Both the position numbers and the translations under genes were made by a program. A stretch of DNA of 64,000 bases from Candidatus Latescibacterota bacterium (GTDB lineage Bacteria; Latescibacterota; UBA2968). Positions within the stretch are counted from its first letter, which is position 1, and the number at the start of each line of letters is the position of its first letter. The stretch is taken from positions 2,368,001 to 2,432,000 of the forward strand of contig OZ240241.1 of NCBI GenBank assembly GCA_965198115.1. The letters run 5' to 3'. Below are positions 31,887-41,796 of this stretch, in pieces. The notes beneath the pieces were generated by a model that saw only the letters and a program-made list of their open reading frames with translations, had not been told where the DNA came from and made no database searches.

Positions 31887-33527
31887 TTGAGCATGGAAAA
31901 TTCCAGATTGGACACCTACACCGTGAGCCACTGGAACGAGGCGACGAGCGTGCGCGAGCGCTCAATCCTTACAGCGGAGCAGGAATTCACCTTCGATGCG
32001 CTCGGGTTCGTCGTGCTGTCACAGGTCCTCAGCCTGGCCGAGCTGTCGGCGTGTCGTAACGACGGGCTAGGCAACCTCTGCAGTGAGGACGGCGCCGTCG
32101 GGCGCTACGTGCGCGAGCTGTGCGGCGATGGCTTTCGCCAGGACGGCCAAGGGAAGCAGGTCTCCGCTGGCGCCGCAGGAGGGCACGACGAGGCCTCGCT
32201 GCCACTGGAAGGCGGGGTGGACACGCTGGATCGGGCCTACATCAACCTATCGGGGTGGAATGGCCGCAACGCCGACGGAGCTTCGCTCACGCGGGCCGGC
32301 GGCGACTGGGAAGAGGTCCGCATCCGGCAGTGCCAGGGCCTGTTGGTGGTCATCGCCCTCACGGACTCCGCAGGTGGCAAGTGCCCGTTGGTCGTGGTCC
32401 CATCCTCGCACAAGAGCGGGCTGCCCGCCCCGCCGCTTCGGTCCTCCAGCCCCTTCGCTGAGCGCCCGGCGCTGGCGGCGGGCGACGTGCTCCTGTGCGC
32501 CGCCAGCACGCTGCACGGGATCTGCCCACAGGGTGCTGGCGGTGAGCTACTCGTGGTAAATTTCATCTCGCGCTCGGCTCGGCCACAGGTGCCACCTGAC
32601 CCGCAGGACAAGCCGTCCCTGCCTGCGTGGGCGGAAGGGCTGGGCGAGGCCGAGCAAACCCTGCTGATGGGCGGCAACTCGCGTCGCGTGCTCCTATCGG
32701 ACGGCATTGCCACCAGGCTTGCCCCTGCCGACGATCCGGACGTGGCGCAGAGGACCTCCTCCCCTCTCCAGTTCGGACGCCGAGACGACGCGGCCGAGCG
32801 CTGGGCATTCGACACCCACGGCTACCTGTTGGTTGAGGGCGTCATGGACGACGATTGGATCGATGCGGCTGTGGCGGGCATCGATGCGAACCTCGATCGC
32901 ATGGTGTACCGAGGCGTAGGCGAGCGCGACGGAGACGTGACCCTTGCTGACATCCCCGGCGCGCCGACGATTTCGGGCACGGGCCGGCCGGATCTGAAGG
33001 ACCTGTTTCAGCTACCCGCGCCGCACAATGCGCCTTTCCTCAAGATGCTGGCGCATCCGGCCGTTATCCAGCGCCTGAACTGGATGATTGGAGCAGGTTA
33101 CCGGGTAACCCAGAACACGGCCCTGTGCCACGTCAAAGGCTCGAGCGGGCAGATGCTGCACTCGGGGAACGCCAACCCGACCTGCATAGGCAAACACTAC
33201 GAGATGGTAAATGGGCGCGTGCACACGAAGTCGGGTATCAACGTCGCGTGGCAGCTCTCCGACGTCGGGCCTGACGATGGCGGGTTTGTCGTAGTGCCGG
33301 GCAGTCACAAATCTTGCTATCCTTTGCCGCACTCTGTGCGGACCTGTAACGAGCGCGCTCCGATCCGCCACGTTCCCATGCGTCGCGGGTCTGTTGTCTT
33401 CTTTTTAGGAGGGACGGTCTGTCACGGAGCGTACCGCTGGGAGGCCGACTCACCGAGGCGGACAGCGCTCTTCACGTACGGGCACGACGCCCGGCTCCCT
33501 TTTGCGTGGCCCTCGAGCAAACTGTGA
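31887..33527 (+). CDS. Tandem two-domain PhyH-fold protein (second domain HSG)
   Basis: Two FDxxG[FY]xx..V starts and two VVPxSHK motifs; elevated GC relative to flanks. Confidence 0.82.
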   Translation: MSMENSRLDTYTVSHWNEATSVRERSILTAEQEFTFDALGFVVLSQVLSLAELSACRNDGLGNLCSEDGAVGRYVRELCGDGFRQDGQGKQVSAGAAGGHDEASLPLEGGVDTLDRAYINLSGWNGRNADGASLTRAGGDWEEVRIRQCQGLLVVIALTDSAGGKCPLVVVPSSHKSGLPAPPLRSSSPFAERPALAAGDVLLCAASTLHGICPQGAGGELLVVNFISRSARPQVPPDPQDKPSLPAWAEGLGEAEQTLLMGGNSRRVLLSDGIATRLAPADDPDVAQRTSSPLQFGRRDDAAERWAFDTHGYLLVEGVMDDDWIDAAVAGIDANLDRMVYRGVGERDGDVTLADIPGAPTISGTGRPDLKDLFQLPAPHNAPFLKMLAHPAVIQRLNWMIGAGYRVTQNTALCHVKGSSGQMLHSGNANPTCIGKHYEMVNGRVHTKSGINVAWQLSDVGPDDGGFVVVPGSHKSCYPLPHSVRTCNERAPIRHVPMRRGSVVFFLGGTVCHGAYRWEADSPRRTALFTYGHDARLPFAWPSSKL

Positions 33528-33743
33528 GCTAACAAGAGTGCAGCGTGTCGGTGTGCCGAAAGGCCGATTGGGATAGGCAGACCGCGGTAATCGGATGCTC
33601 ACTCCGAACGCCCAAAATGACTGATACCGTACGGGTCGGTCACAAAAGCGTCTTTGAAGTTCATTTTATTCAGGTCAGACTGCGAGCCTGACCGACGGCC
33701 TTCGGTCCTCAGGAAATGGGATTAAATTGGATCTGTCTTTCAT

Positions 33744-33765
33744 TGCAACTCCCCTCGGGGTCACC
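33744..33765 (+). other. tRNA 3'-end fragment (att-like remnant, tRNA-Glu-like)
   Basis: tgcaactcccctcggggtcacc resembles T-loop, T-stem and acceptor 3' strand; no 5' half upstream. Confidence 0.45.
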
Positions 33766-33775
33766 CTTTGACTAT

Positions 33776-33819
33776 GAAAAGGGCGCCCTGTCGACGACTT
33801 TCGACAGGGCGCCCTTTTC
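33776..33819. terminator. Bidirectional intrinsic terminator
   Basis: gaaaagggcgccctgtcga-cgactt-tcgacagggcgcccttttc, perfect 19-bp stem. Confidence 0.85.
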
Positions 33820-33859
33820 GTTTACTGCCGTGAGACTCTGATAGGCGTGCGTAATCTGC

Positions 33860-34125
33860 TCAAACCAAAGGAGAGTCTACTAACCCCTGCTCCCCAGCTT
33901 TTCTGCTGTATTCCACCGGCACGCGCACCGAAAACGTGCTGCTTCTACCCAACTCACTCTCAACGCCAATTGACCCGCCCAGCAACTGGGCAAACTTCTT
34001 CGTGATCGAGTCCGAGACCCGTGCCTTTCCGCACGCTGCTCTCCGACCCTTCGGCCTGGCGGTATTCGTCAAAGATGGTGGGCAGCTCGGCGGCGGGGAT
34101 GCCCTTGCCGGTGTCCGCAGCGGCG
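33860..34125 (-). repeat. Orphan histidine kinase 3' end, copy 9 (frameshifted)
   Basis: [69 protein letters not shown]. Confidence 0.92.
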
Positions 34126-34190
34126 AGGCCCCAGCTGGTCGTGTCAGCAGGACTGAAGCGGACACGGGGCCATCGGGATGGTGCCGCACT

Positions 34191-35031
34191 CTATAGCTTC
34201 CCGAAGTTGAAAATCCCCCACGCCAGATGGCCATTCCACCCGCCATCAATCCAGTACTGGAGGCCCTTCTTCATGTTGGCCACGTAGTCAGACGTAACAT
34301 CGGCAGCCAGGTCGGCCTCGTGGGCTTCCGTTTCCTCCAGCACCCGCACGTAATGGTGAACGAGTTGGTCGGTCAGGTCCTCGAACAGGATCTGCTGCAT
34401 CCCCAGAACCTCGGCTGTCCTGCGGTAAAACGCTGGGGACCCCAGCGACGACAGGTGTATGCGGTCCAGAATCGGTTGTAGCACCCCATCCAGACAGTCC
34501 TCCGATTTCATCGGATCGGTGAATACGAACTCCCCACTCGATTTCAGGACGCGATGGACCTCCGACAGGACCTGCTCCCGGTCTCCGCTGTGCAGGATGG
34601 CATCCTGCGACCAGACGACATCCACGGACGCGTCCGGCAAGGGGATCTCCTCGAAGCTGCCGTCAACGACATCGATCAGGTTCGACAACCCCTGTTCCAC
34701 ATTCATCTTGCGGCCGCGTTCGTTCTCAACTTCGCTGAGATTCAGAGCCGTCACCTTGCATCCGAAGGTGCTGGACAGGTACCGGGCAGCCCCGCCGTAG
34801 CCAGCGCCGATGTCCAGAACACGCGTGGCCTTCGTTCGGCTCCGTGGAGAGCTTCGCCGCCATGCGCTCAACTGTGCGGCGGCTGGCTTCCCGAATGGAC
34901 TCGGCAGGGTCGACGTAGATGCCCACGTGGATGTCTTCGCCTCCCCAGATGCGATGGTAGAAAGCGTCGGCGTCCTCGCTGTTGTAGTAGTCACGAGCGA
35001 TTTTCACCGCGTGGTTAAACGTTGTTGTCAC
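34191..35031 (-). CDS. Sarcosine/dimethylglycine N-methyltransferase (frameshift ~34840)
   Basis: ARDYYNSEDADAFY..IWGGEDIHVGIY, VLDIGAGYGG, WSQDAILHSG, QPILDRIHL, HLAWGI. Confidence 0.85.
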
Positions 35032-35150
35032 ACCTCAACCTTTCTCTGTATTCCTTCTCCGCTACGTGAATGAAGAAATCCGGCTCCTGGAAGTCACCGA
35101 AGGTATCGATCTTCCGAAACCCGACCTCGTGCAATCGTAGTAGGTGTACC
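35015..35150 (-). pseudogene. C-terminal remnant of glycine/sarcosine N-methyltransferase
   Basis: EVGFRKIDTFGDFQE-PDFFIHVAEK, overlapping the SDMT start as in GSMT-SDMT operons. Confidence 0.7.
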
Positions 35151-35169
35151 TTGTGGAACCCACTTTTAC

Positions 35170-36141
35170 CTATCGATAACTGAACATCACTTGGATGCAT
35201 TGCTCTGGATGCTGGTGAACGAGTTCGTAGGCCTCCGGCGCGCTGTCGAAGGGCAGGTTGTGGGTGATGAGGGAATCCAAGGGCATGTTCGGCAGCATTC
35301 TCAGCGTGCTCCTCACGCGCCGTTCGTAGGACCACCGGGAGGACAGGTGGAGGGGCACGCTGCCACCCTGGGCAACGCGGAGGTGGACACGCTTGTGGTG
35401 GAAATCCCGTGTCAGGTCGAGGGCGGACGCATCGGAGGAGTACCAGCTCAGGGGAACGATTGTGGATTGCGGGCGAATCGCCTTGAATGCGTCGTTCAGG
35501 GCTGGGATCGCCCCGCTGGTTTCGAGGACGACGTCGGCCAGCTCTCCGTCGTTGTGCGCGCGAACCTGCTCCTCGACGTCGACGTCAGTCGGATCCAGGG
35601 CGGCGTCGAGGCCCATCCGTAGGCCGGCCTCCCGCCGGAGGGCGATGGGATCGAAGCCGGTGACCGTGAACGCCCCAGCGCGTCGGACCAGGAAGGAGGC
35701 ACAGAGCCCGACGACACCCAGGCCGAAGACGACGGCGGTCTCACCGAGGGCGGTCTGAGACTCGAGCACCCCGTTGTAGGCCACGCCGGCAAGGGCGGTG
35801 AAGATGCCGTACCGGGGATCCAGCCCATGCGGAAGGCGGTAAACGGGCTCTTCCTCCGAAATGAGAAACTCGGTGGCGTGTGAGGCGTAATGAAAGATCC
35901 GGTCTCCCACCGTGGCTTTCGTGAACTCCGGGCCGATTTCCACGATTTCGCCTACGGCCGAATAGCCGCTACGCCGCGGGAACGAACCGGCGATGCGGCC
36001 GCTGTAGACGTTCATTTCGGTTCCGTGACTGATCCCCGAATACAGCGTCTGCACACGGGCCTGGCAGGAGCCGAGTGGCGGCGCCGGCTCGTCGTGGATC
36101 TCGACTTTCTCCGGGGCGATGATGTGAAGCACTCTGACCAT
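35170..36141 (-). CDS. Zinc-binding/MDR dehydrogenase
   Basis: YSGISHGTE, GYSAVGEI, VFGLGVVG. Confidence 0.88.
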   Translation of the reverse strand: MVRVLHIIAPEKVEIHDEPAPPLGSCQARVQTLYSGISHGTEMNVYSGRIAGSFPRRSGYSAVGEIVEIGPEFTKATVGDRIFHYASHATEFLISEEEPVYRLPHGLDPRYGIFTALAGVAYNGVLESQTALGETAVVFGLGVVGLCASFLVRRAGAFTVTGFDPIALRREAGLRMGLDAALDPTDVDVEEQVRAHNDGELADVVLETSGAIPALNDAFKAIRPQSTIVPLSWYSSDASALDLTRDFHHKRVHLRVAQGGSVPLHLSSRWSYERRVRSTLRMLPNMPLDSLITHNLPFDSAPEAYELVHQHPEQCIQVMFSYR

Positions 36142-36474
36142 GGTAGAGCGACTCCGGTTAGGACTGACGGCGCGTTGGGGGGCGAAAGCCCGAGGACTAC
36201 CCACGAGAGTATGAAAACCGCTATCGGATGAGTCGTTACCCGGACAAAATCTCGTACATCCAGACGGCCATTTGGCTGTTCAGCCACGGCGGGAAACACT
36301 ACCAGACGCTGATCTGGGCGTAGGAAGGTCGCTGGTACACGGAGGTGACGAGCGGGGTTGTATCTCTTACCGACTCGAAGCGGGACCGAACGTGTAATCA
36401 GTCAGCCGGGCGGCGGTGTCGGAATATGGCCCTCCGTTCAGGGTAATGTCAACGAGCTCTTACCGTTTCGCTGT

Positions 36475-36531
36475 TCAACTCTGGGCCTGATACTCCACCG
36501 GCACCCGCACCGTAAACGTGCTGCCCTGGCC
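36475..36531 (-). repeat. Orphan histidine kinase 3' end, copy 8
   Basis: [18 protein letters not shown], starts 1-2 nt after the stop of the upstream gene. Confidence 0.85.
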
Positions 36532-36532
36532 G

Positions 36533-36997
36533 CTACTGCCCAGACGGCAGGTCCGAGTTGAAGATGTCCACCGAGATCAGCCACTCCCCGTCGGGCTGCC
36601 GGCGTCGAATCTCAATGTACTTGCCCGAATCCTTGATCGGCCCCGCTGGCACGATCGTCATCGTGTAGGTACCCAGCACATACGCCAGGTCGTCGCGGCC
36701 GTCTACCTGCACATTGTTTAAGGTGAAGTCTGTCACCGGAGGGAACTTCTCGACCCACGCCTGGATCGCTGCCCGTCCCTTGACCATCGGCGTGTTCGGC
36801 GGGAGGAGAATGGCATCATCGGTATAGAGCTTCGCTGCGGTCGCCCAGTCTTTGGCGAGAAAAGCCTTCACGAAGTTCTGGGACCCCTCGTCAATCGCGC
36901 TCACACTGGCCTGAGAAAGTGGAGCAACCTGCTCCTGGCAGGACAAGAGAGCGGCGAGCATCGCCACGAATCGCAGGGTTCTGATTACGGAACTCAT
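36533..36997 (-). CDS. DUF4440/SnoaL-like (NTF2 fold) lipoprotein
   Basis: Lipobox-like LLSC; LYTDDAILLPP, GRAAI, GKYIEI..RQPDGEWLI. Confidence 0.85.
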   Translation of the reverse strand: MSSVIRTLRFVAMLAALLSCQEQVAPLSQASVSAIDEGSQNFVKAFLAKDWATAAKLYTDDAILLPPNTPMVKGRAAIQAWVEKFPPVTDFTLNNVQVDGRDDLAYVLGTYTMTIVPAGPIKDSGKYIEIRRRQPDGEWLISVDIFNSDLPSGQ

Positions 36998-37242
36998 CTG
37001 GGCCTCCTACTGTAAGAGTAACGTGACCTCACTGGATGAATGAAGCACCACGAAGAGGCTACGGAAAACACGGACGAGGACGGAGGCAAGGGTGCTCTTA
37101 ACCTCAAACCTCGTTTTCCATCATTCCTCGATCGGCGTCAGGTTCCGACCGTTCGGACCCGACCAGATCGCATAGATTTCGAGTGAAATGGTTGTCGGCT
37201 GTGCCGAACAAGCGGCCTGTTCTGCCCACGTGAGGGCAGTCT

Positions 37243-37352
37243 TCAAGATTGGTACGCCACAGGCACCCGCACGGTAAACGTGCTGCCCTTGCCCACCTCG
37301 CTCTTCACGCCGATGGTCCCGCCCAGTAGCTCGGCGAATTTCTCGTGATACA
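37243..37352 (-). repeat. Orphan histidine kinase 3' end, copy 7
   Basis: [31 protein letters not shown]. Confidence 0.92.
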
Positions 37353-37373
37353 GCTGCTCAAAGTTCGGTGTAG

Positions 37374-38759
37374 TTAACCATCACGGCAGACCGGCTGCCT
37401 CCCAGGCGGCCAGCCCCCCACCAGGTCGGAGACCGAAAGCTCTTCCGACTCCAGGAGGCTCGCAGCAATCGAAGATCGGTATCCCGACTGGCAGTGCACG
37501 ACGATGGGGCCGTCACCCAGCTCGTCGATGCGTTCCCCAAGATGGGCAAGGGGGATGTTGACACTCCCTTTGATGCATCTCTCCTCCCACTCAGGCTGCG
37601 CGCGCACATCCACGATCGTCACAGAGTCACCCTCCTCGATCCGTTCGGCCAACGTCGCGGCTGCGATGCGCTCGATTCGACTCACCAGGTCGGGATGCGA
37701 TTCCAACGGCTGCATTCCGCCTTCCAGATAGCCGACTACGCGGTCGTAGCCGATGCGTCCCAGACGGAGCGCGCCCTCGGATTCGCGGCCCGGTTCTGCA
37801 ATCAACACGATTTCTTCCTCCGGCTTCAGCAGCGTCCCGCACCACGTGGCGTACTTGCCGTCGAGTGCGATGTTCAGACTTCCCTTCACGTGCGCTCCCG
37901 CGTACTCCGGCGGCTCCCGCACGTCGAGAACGCGCGCACCCTTCTTCATCAACCCGCGAAGCTCCTCGACACCCAGTCCTTTCAGCGACGTCTCGAGCGC
38001 CGTCTCCAGCGTCGCGTGCTCCCGCGAATTTAGGATCGCATCGTAGGTGAAGTAATCGGGCGCGTCCGGCTGCTCGGCATTCACGATGGCAATGAATGCC
38101 TCCTTCTCCATCGGCTGCAGCGCGTAGTTGTAGGTCCGCTGAACCCCGATCGTAGACACGGTGTCTTCGCTCATATTCTTCCCGCACAGCGACCCCGCGC
38201 CGTGAGCCGGATAAACGAGGGTTTCGGCGGGCAGTTTCATCAGCTTTCCGTGGAGCGATTCGTAGAGCAGTGCCCCCAGCTGTTCCGCCGTCCACCCAAG
38301 CGAGGCCCGCAGATCCGGTCGTCCCACGTCGCCGATGAACAGGGTGTCGCCCGTCAGGACTGCGTGAGGTTTCTCGCTGCTCTCGGCAAGGTCATAGACC
38401 ACGATGGAGATCGACTCGGGCGAGTGTCCCGGAGTTTCCAGGATTTCCAACCGAACGTTGCCGAACTCGAGGGCATCCCCGTCGCCTCCGGGCTCGAACG
38501 CGTACTCCGCTTCGGCCCGACGACCAAGATGGATGGTCGCCCCTGTCTTGTCCCTGAGCTCGAGATGCCCAGCCAGAAAATCAGCGTGAAGATGGCTCAG
38601 GAAGACGTGCCGGATTTCGAGCCCGGCCTCGCCGACATCCGAAAGGTACTGGTCGATATCGCGCTGGGGATCGACGATCACGGCCGTCTGTGTCTCCTCA
38701 TCCGCGATCAGGTAGGATGCGTGCGCCAGGCATCCGAGGTAGTACTGTTTCAGGATCAT
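37374..38759 (-). CDS. MBL-fold hydrolase with two rhodanese domains (persulfide dioxygenase-like); frameshift in last codons
   Basis: SHLHADFLAGH, TPGHSPES, TGDTLFIGDVGRPDL, PAHGAGSLCG, CQSGYRS. Confidence 0.92.
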   Translation of the reverse strand: MILKQYYLGCLAHASYLIADEETQTAVIVDPQRDIDQYLSDVGEAGLEIRHVFLSHLHADFLAGHLELRDKTGATIHLGRRAEAEYAFEPGGDGDALEFGNVRLEILETPGHSPESISIVVYDLAESSEKPHAVLTGDTLFIGDVGRPDLRASLGWTAEQLGALLYESLHGKLMKLPAETLVYPAHGAGSLCGKNMSEDTVSTIGVQRTYNYALQPMEKEAFIAIVNAEQPDAPDYFTYDAILNSREHATLETALETSLKGLGVEELRGLMKKGARVLDVREPPEYAGAHVKGSLNIALDGKYATWCGTLLKPEEEIVLIAEPGRESEGALRLGRIGYDRVVGYLEGGMQPLESHPDLVSRIERIAAATLAERIEEGDSVTIVDVRAQPEWEERCIKGSVNIPLAHLGERIDELGDGPIVVHCQSGYRSSIAASLLESEELSVSDLVGGWPPGRQPVCRDG

Positions 38760-38890
38760 TTGGATGGACTCCAGTATATCGGGGTCATAAGAAACCAAGG
38801 GTTGGGCTACGTACTCAGAATGTCATAGGCCGCCAAATTCGGCCGATCTCACTTAATCCAGTGGTGAGAGAACAAAACGACCTCACGAGT

Positions 38891-39074
38891 TTACGGCATC
38901 AAGATGTGGGCTCCCCGATACTGGACCGGCACCCTCACCGTAAACGTGCTGCCCCTGCCCACCTCGCTCTCCACGCCGATGGTCCCGCCCAGCAGCTCCG
39001 CGAACTTCTTGGTGATGGACAGCCCCAACCCTGTGCCCTTCTGCACGCTGCTCTCCGACCCTTCGGCCTGACGG
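38891..39074 (-). repeat. Orphan histidine kinase 3' end, copy 6
   Basis: [52 protein letters not shown]. Confidence 0.95.
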
Positions 39075-39193
39075 CGATGGTGGGCACTCTTCTCTCCTCA
39101 AGCCAAACGATTGCTCTTCTATAGGGTTGGATACCACACTCCCGAGCTGTAGGCTGATCGAACTGCTGCTAAACTCAGCCTTCCGATGCCCGC

Positions 39194-40529
39194 TCAGTCT
39201 TCCGCGATGCAGTAGAGATAATCTCGCCCGCGCAGGAAGATTTCGTTTCCCGCGATGGCCGGCGAAGCCGAGAACTCATCGTCGAGCGTGTTTTGGCTCA
39301 GAACTTCATACTGATCGCCTCGCTTTTATTACGACCGTCGTCCCGTTCCTACCTGTGATGTAGACCCGGTCGTTCGCCCCGACGGGCGAAGCGTAGATCC
39401 CATCGATTCCACTCACTCTTTGGGGGCCGAAATACGGGGCGCCCGTCTTGGCGTTCAGACACGAAAGGATGCCGTCATTTCCTTTGAGGAAGTAGAGATA
39501 ATTACCGTAGAGAAGGGGTGAAGGAGTGTAAGGCGTGTCCCGATCGTACCGCCACAAAACGGCGTCAGAATCCGTGATGTCACCCTTTGCACTTGAAAGC
39601 TGAATGGCCAGGAGCATGTTTCCGCGAAAGCCGCTTGTGACATAGAGCCTGCCATCAGCGTAGACCGGTGTAGGTATCACATTGTGCGTCATGCCGCTGC
39701 ACTCCCAGATCATCTTGCCCGTCTCCAGATCGTAGCTTCGCACACGACCAGTCGCGCTCGTGATGATCTGACGACTTCCGTTTTCGTCCACAATCAGGGG
39801 AGTCGCCCACGATGTGATTTCATCCCGATCCACCTTCCAGTCCACCTTTCCCGTCTTCTTGTCAAGGGCAACAAGGAACGACTGCCTCTCGTGATCCCAA
39901 ATGACGACGATCTTGTCGTCGTAAATTGCGGGAGAGCTGCCTTCGCCGAACCCGAGCTTGATCGTCATATCTCCGAAATCGGTCTTCCACTTAAGACTTC
40001 CTTTGAAGTCGTAGCAGTACAGCCCCTGGGACCCGAAATAGGCGTAGACGTGCTCGCCGTCCGTGATCGGCGAGCCTGATGCCCAGCTCCCCGTAGGATG
40101 CCTACTCTCGTGGGGCATCGCCTCGTGCGCCGTCCGCTGCCAGTTTACTTTTCCGGTTCTTCGATCGATCGCAAAAATCTCGAACTTCTGAACGTATTGG
40201 GTACTCAAGGTCGGCGGGCCACGGCGACGGGCCCGAGGCCCTGGCGTCTGCCGATCGCCGACCACATCGGTTTTAAACGCTGAGAGGATAAAGACCTGAT
40301 CTCCCCAGATGATGGGCGAGGCGTGACCCCTTCCCGGAATTCCGACTTTCCAGCGGATGTTCCGGTTCTCACCCCATACCACAGGTGGATCGGCAGGAAA
40401 TGACGTGCCATTTGCAGATGGTCCACGCCATTGGCCCCAGTATGGATCAATGTTGGAAAGATCCTCGGCTCCGACCGCGGCGCAAGATCCTGCACACAGA
40501 CTCAGGACAACTGCTACAAAGCTTGTCAT
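39194..40529 (-). CDS. PQQ-like beta-propeller (BamB-like) secreted protein; frameshift ~39320
   Basis: WGQWRGPSANG, GHASPIIWGD, GEGSSP, SWATP; true tail ..FSASPAIAGNEIFLRG..LYCI lies in another frame. Confidence 0.88.
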
Positions 40530-40628
40530 CAGATTCGTTCTCCGTTTGGAACGGCGCGAACGGGAGAAGTCAGAAGACTGCCAGTGAATAGCAGGTAGGC
40601 AGTCACGACAGCGGCCAGTTGCAGAGAA

Positions 40629-40922
40629 TCACGTGGCGTCCGCGTATTCCACCGAAACCTTCACCGTAAACGTGCTGCCCCTGCCAACCTCGCTCTCCAC
40701 GCTGATGGTCCCGCCCAGCAGCTCTGCGAACTTCTTCGTGATGGACAGCCCAAGCCCTGTGCCTTTCTGGACGCTGCTCTCCGACCCTTCGGCCTGACGG
40801 TATTCGTCGAAGATGGTCGGCAGCTCGTTCTCGGGAATGCCTTTGCCGGTATCGCTGATGGCGATGACCAGCTGGCCGTCTTCGGTGGACGCGCTCACGG
40901 TCACGCTGCCGCTGTCCGTGAA
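40629..40922 (-). repeat. Orphan histidine kinase 3' end, copy 5 (longest)
   Basis: FTDSGSVTV...SDTGKGIP...[35 protein letters not shown]. Confidence 0.95.
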
Positions 40923-41103
40923 CCACCAGCCCGGCAGTCAGTTGCTTCAGCAGACCTTTCTCGCCCAGTAGGTCATCGGGACCGTCACAGTTCTTGATCA
41001 GCTCATCGAGGAGACGATCGACTTCAGCATTCCTGGCCATAGAACCTCCTGTTTCTTCACTATAGGATTCTATCACCAGTTACACGGTTAATCTTACACA
41101 CTC
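40923..41103 (-). mobile_element. IS256-family left-end fragment
   Basis: IR-like gagtgtgtaagattaaccgtgtaac; ORF from 41040 with LLDELI....PDDLLGEKGLLKQLT..LV. Confidence 0.75.
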
Positions 41104-41236
41104 TGGCGCTGGCAGTACAATCACATCAGACCACACAGCTCATTGGGCTATCGCCCACCTGCACCTGAAGCGGTCACCAAACCGCTCACCGCAGCCATAT
41201 CCTAACTCTGGATGTGGACACATAGATGGGGGCAGG

Positions 41237-41308
41237 TCACTCTGGCGACAGCGCCCCGTGCACCACGACGTAGCCGTTTTCCTTGAAGTGATCGAGGTAT
41301 TCGTCCAT
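41237..41308 (-). pseudogene. N-terminal stub of a PhyH-family gene
   Basis: MDEYLDHFKENGYVVVHGALSPE*. Confidence 0.55.
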
Positions 41309-41796
41309 CGCATATCGTGTTGCTGCCATATCGAGACTCTCTGTTGTTCGAGTTTGTGGAACACGTGTAGTGGCAGGTCATCGCAATCCAAGATGCGACC
41401 CGCTCTCCGCCCGAACAAGCACGAGCTTCCACCTACGCTGGAAGCTTCGGCGGACGGGCCGGCGGGCGTGGGTGGTGGAGGGGATTAATTCAAGTGAAAT
41501 TGGAAAATCAGAATGCAAACTGAGGGTCTGTCTGGGTCACGAGAATTCGAGAAGCGTACGGGAAGAACCCTGGTTATCCTTCCAATACGTTGGAGATCAT
41601 CCCGGAAGAGGCAATCCGGCTGGGGGGGATGCTGACAAAGTGGACGTCAGCACGATGGTCCAGACCGTGGATCGAAGCTCGGGCCACCGGTCGGTACGCG
41701 AAATCGCCGGACGGGTGTCGACTTCACTGGGGTGGTCGCTGGCACACGCGGTTTCTGCATTCGACATCAGCGCGCTGCAGATAGGACGGAGGTTAC

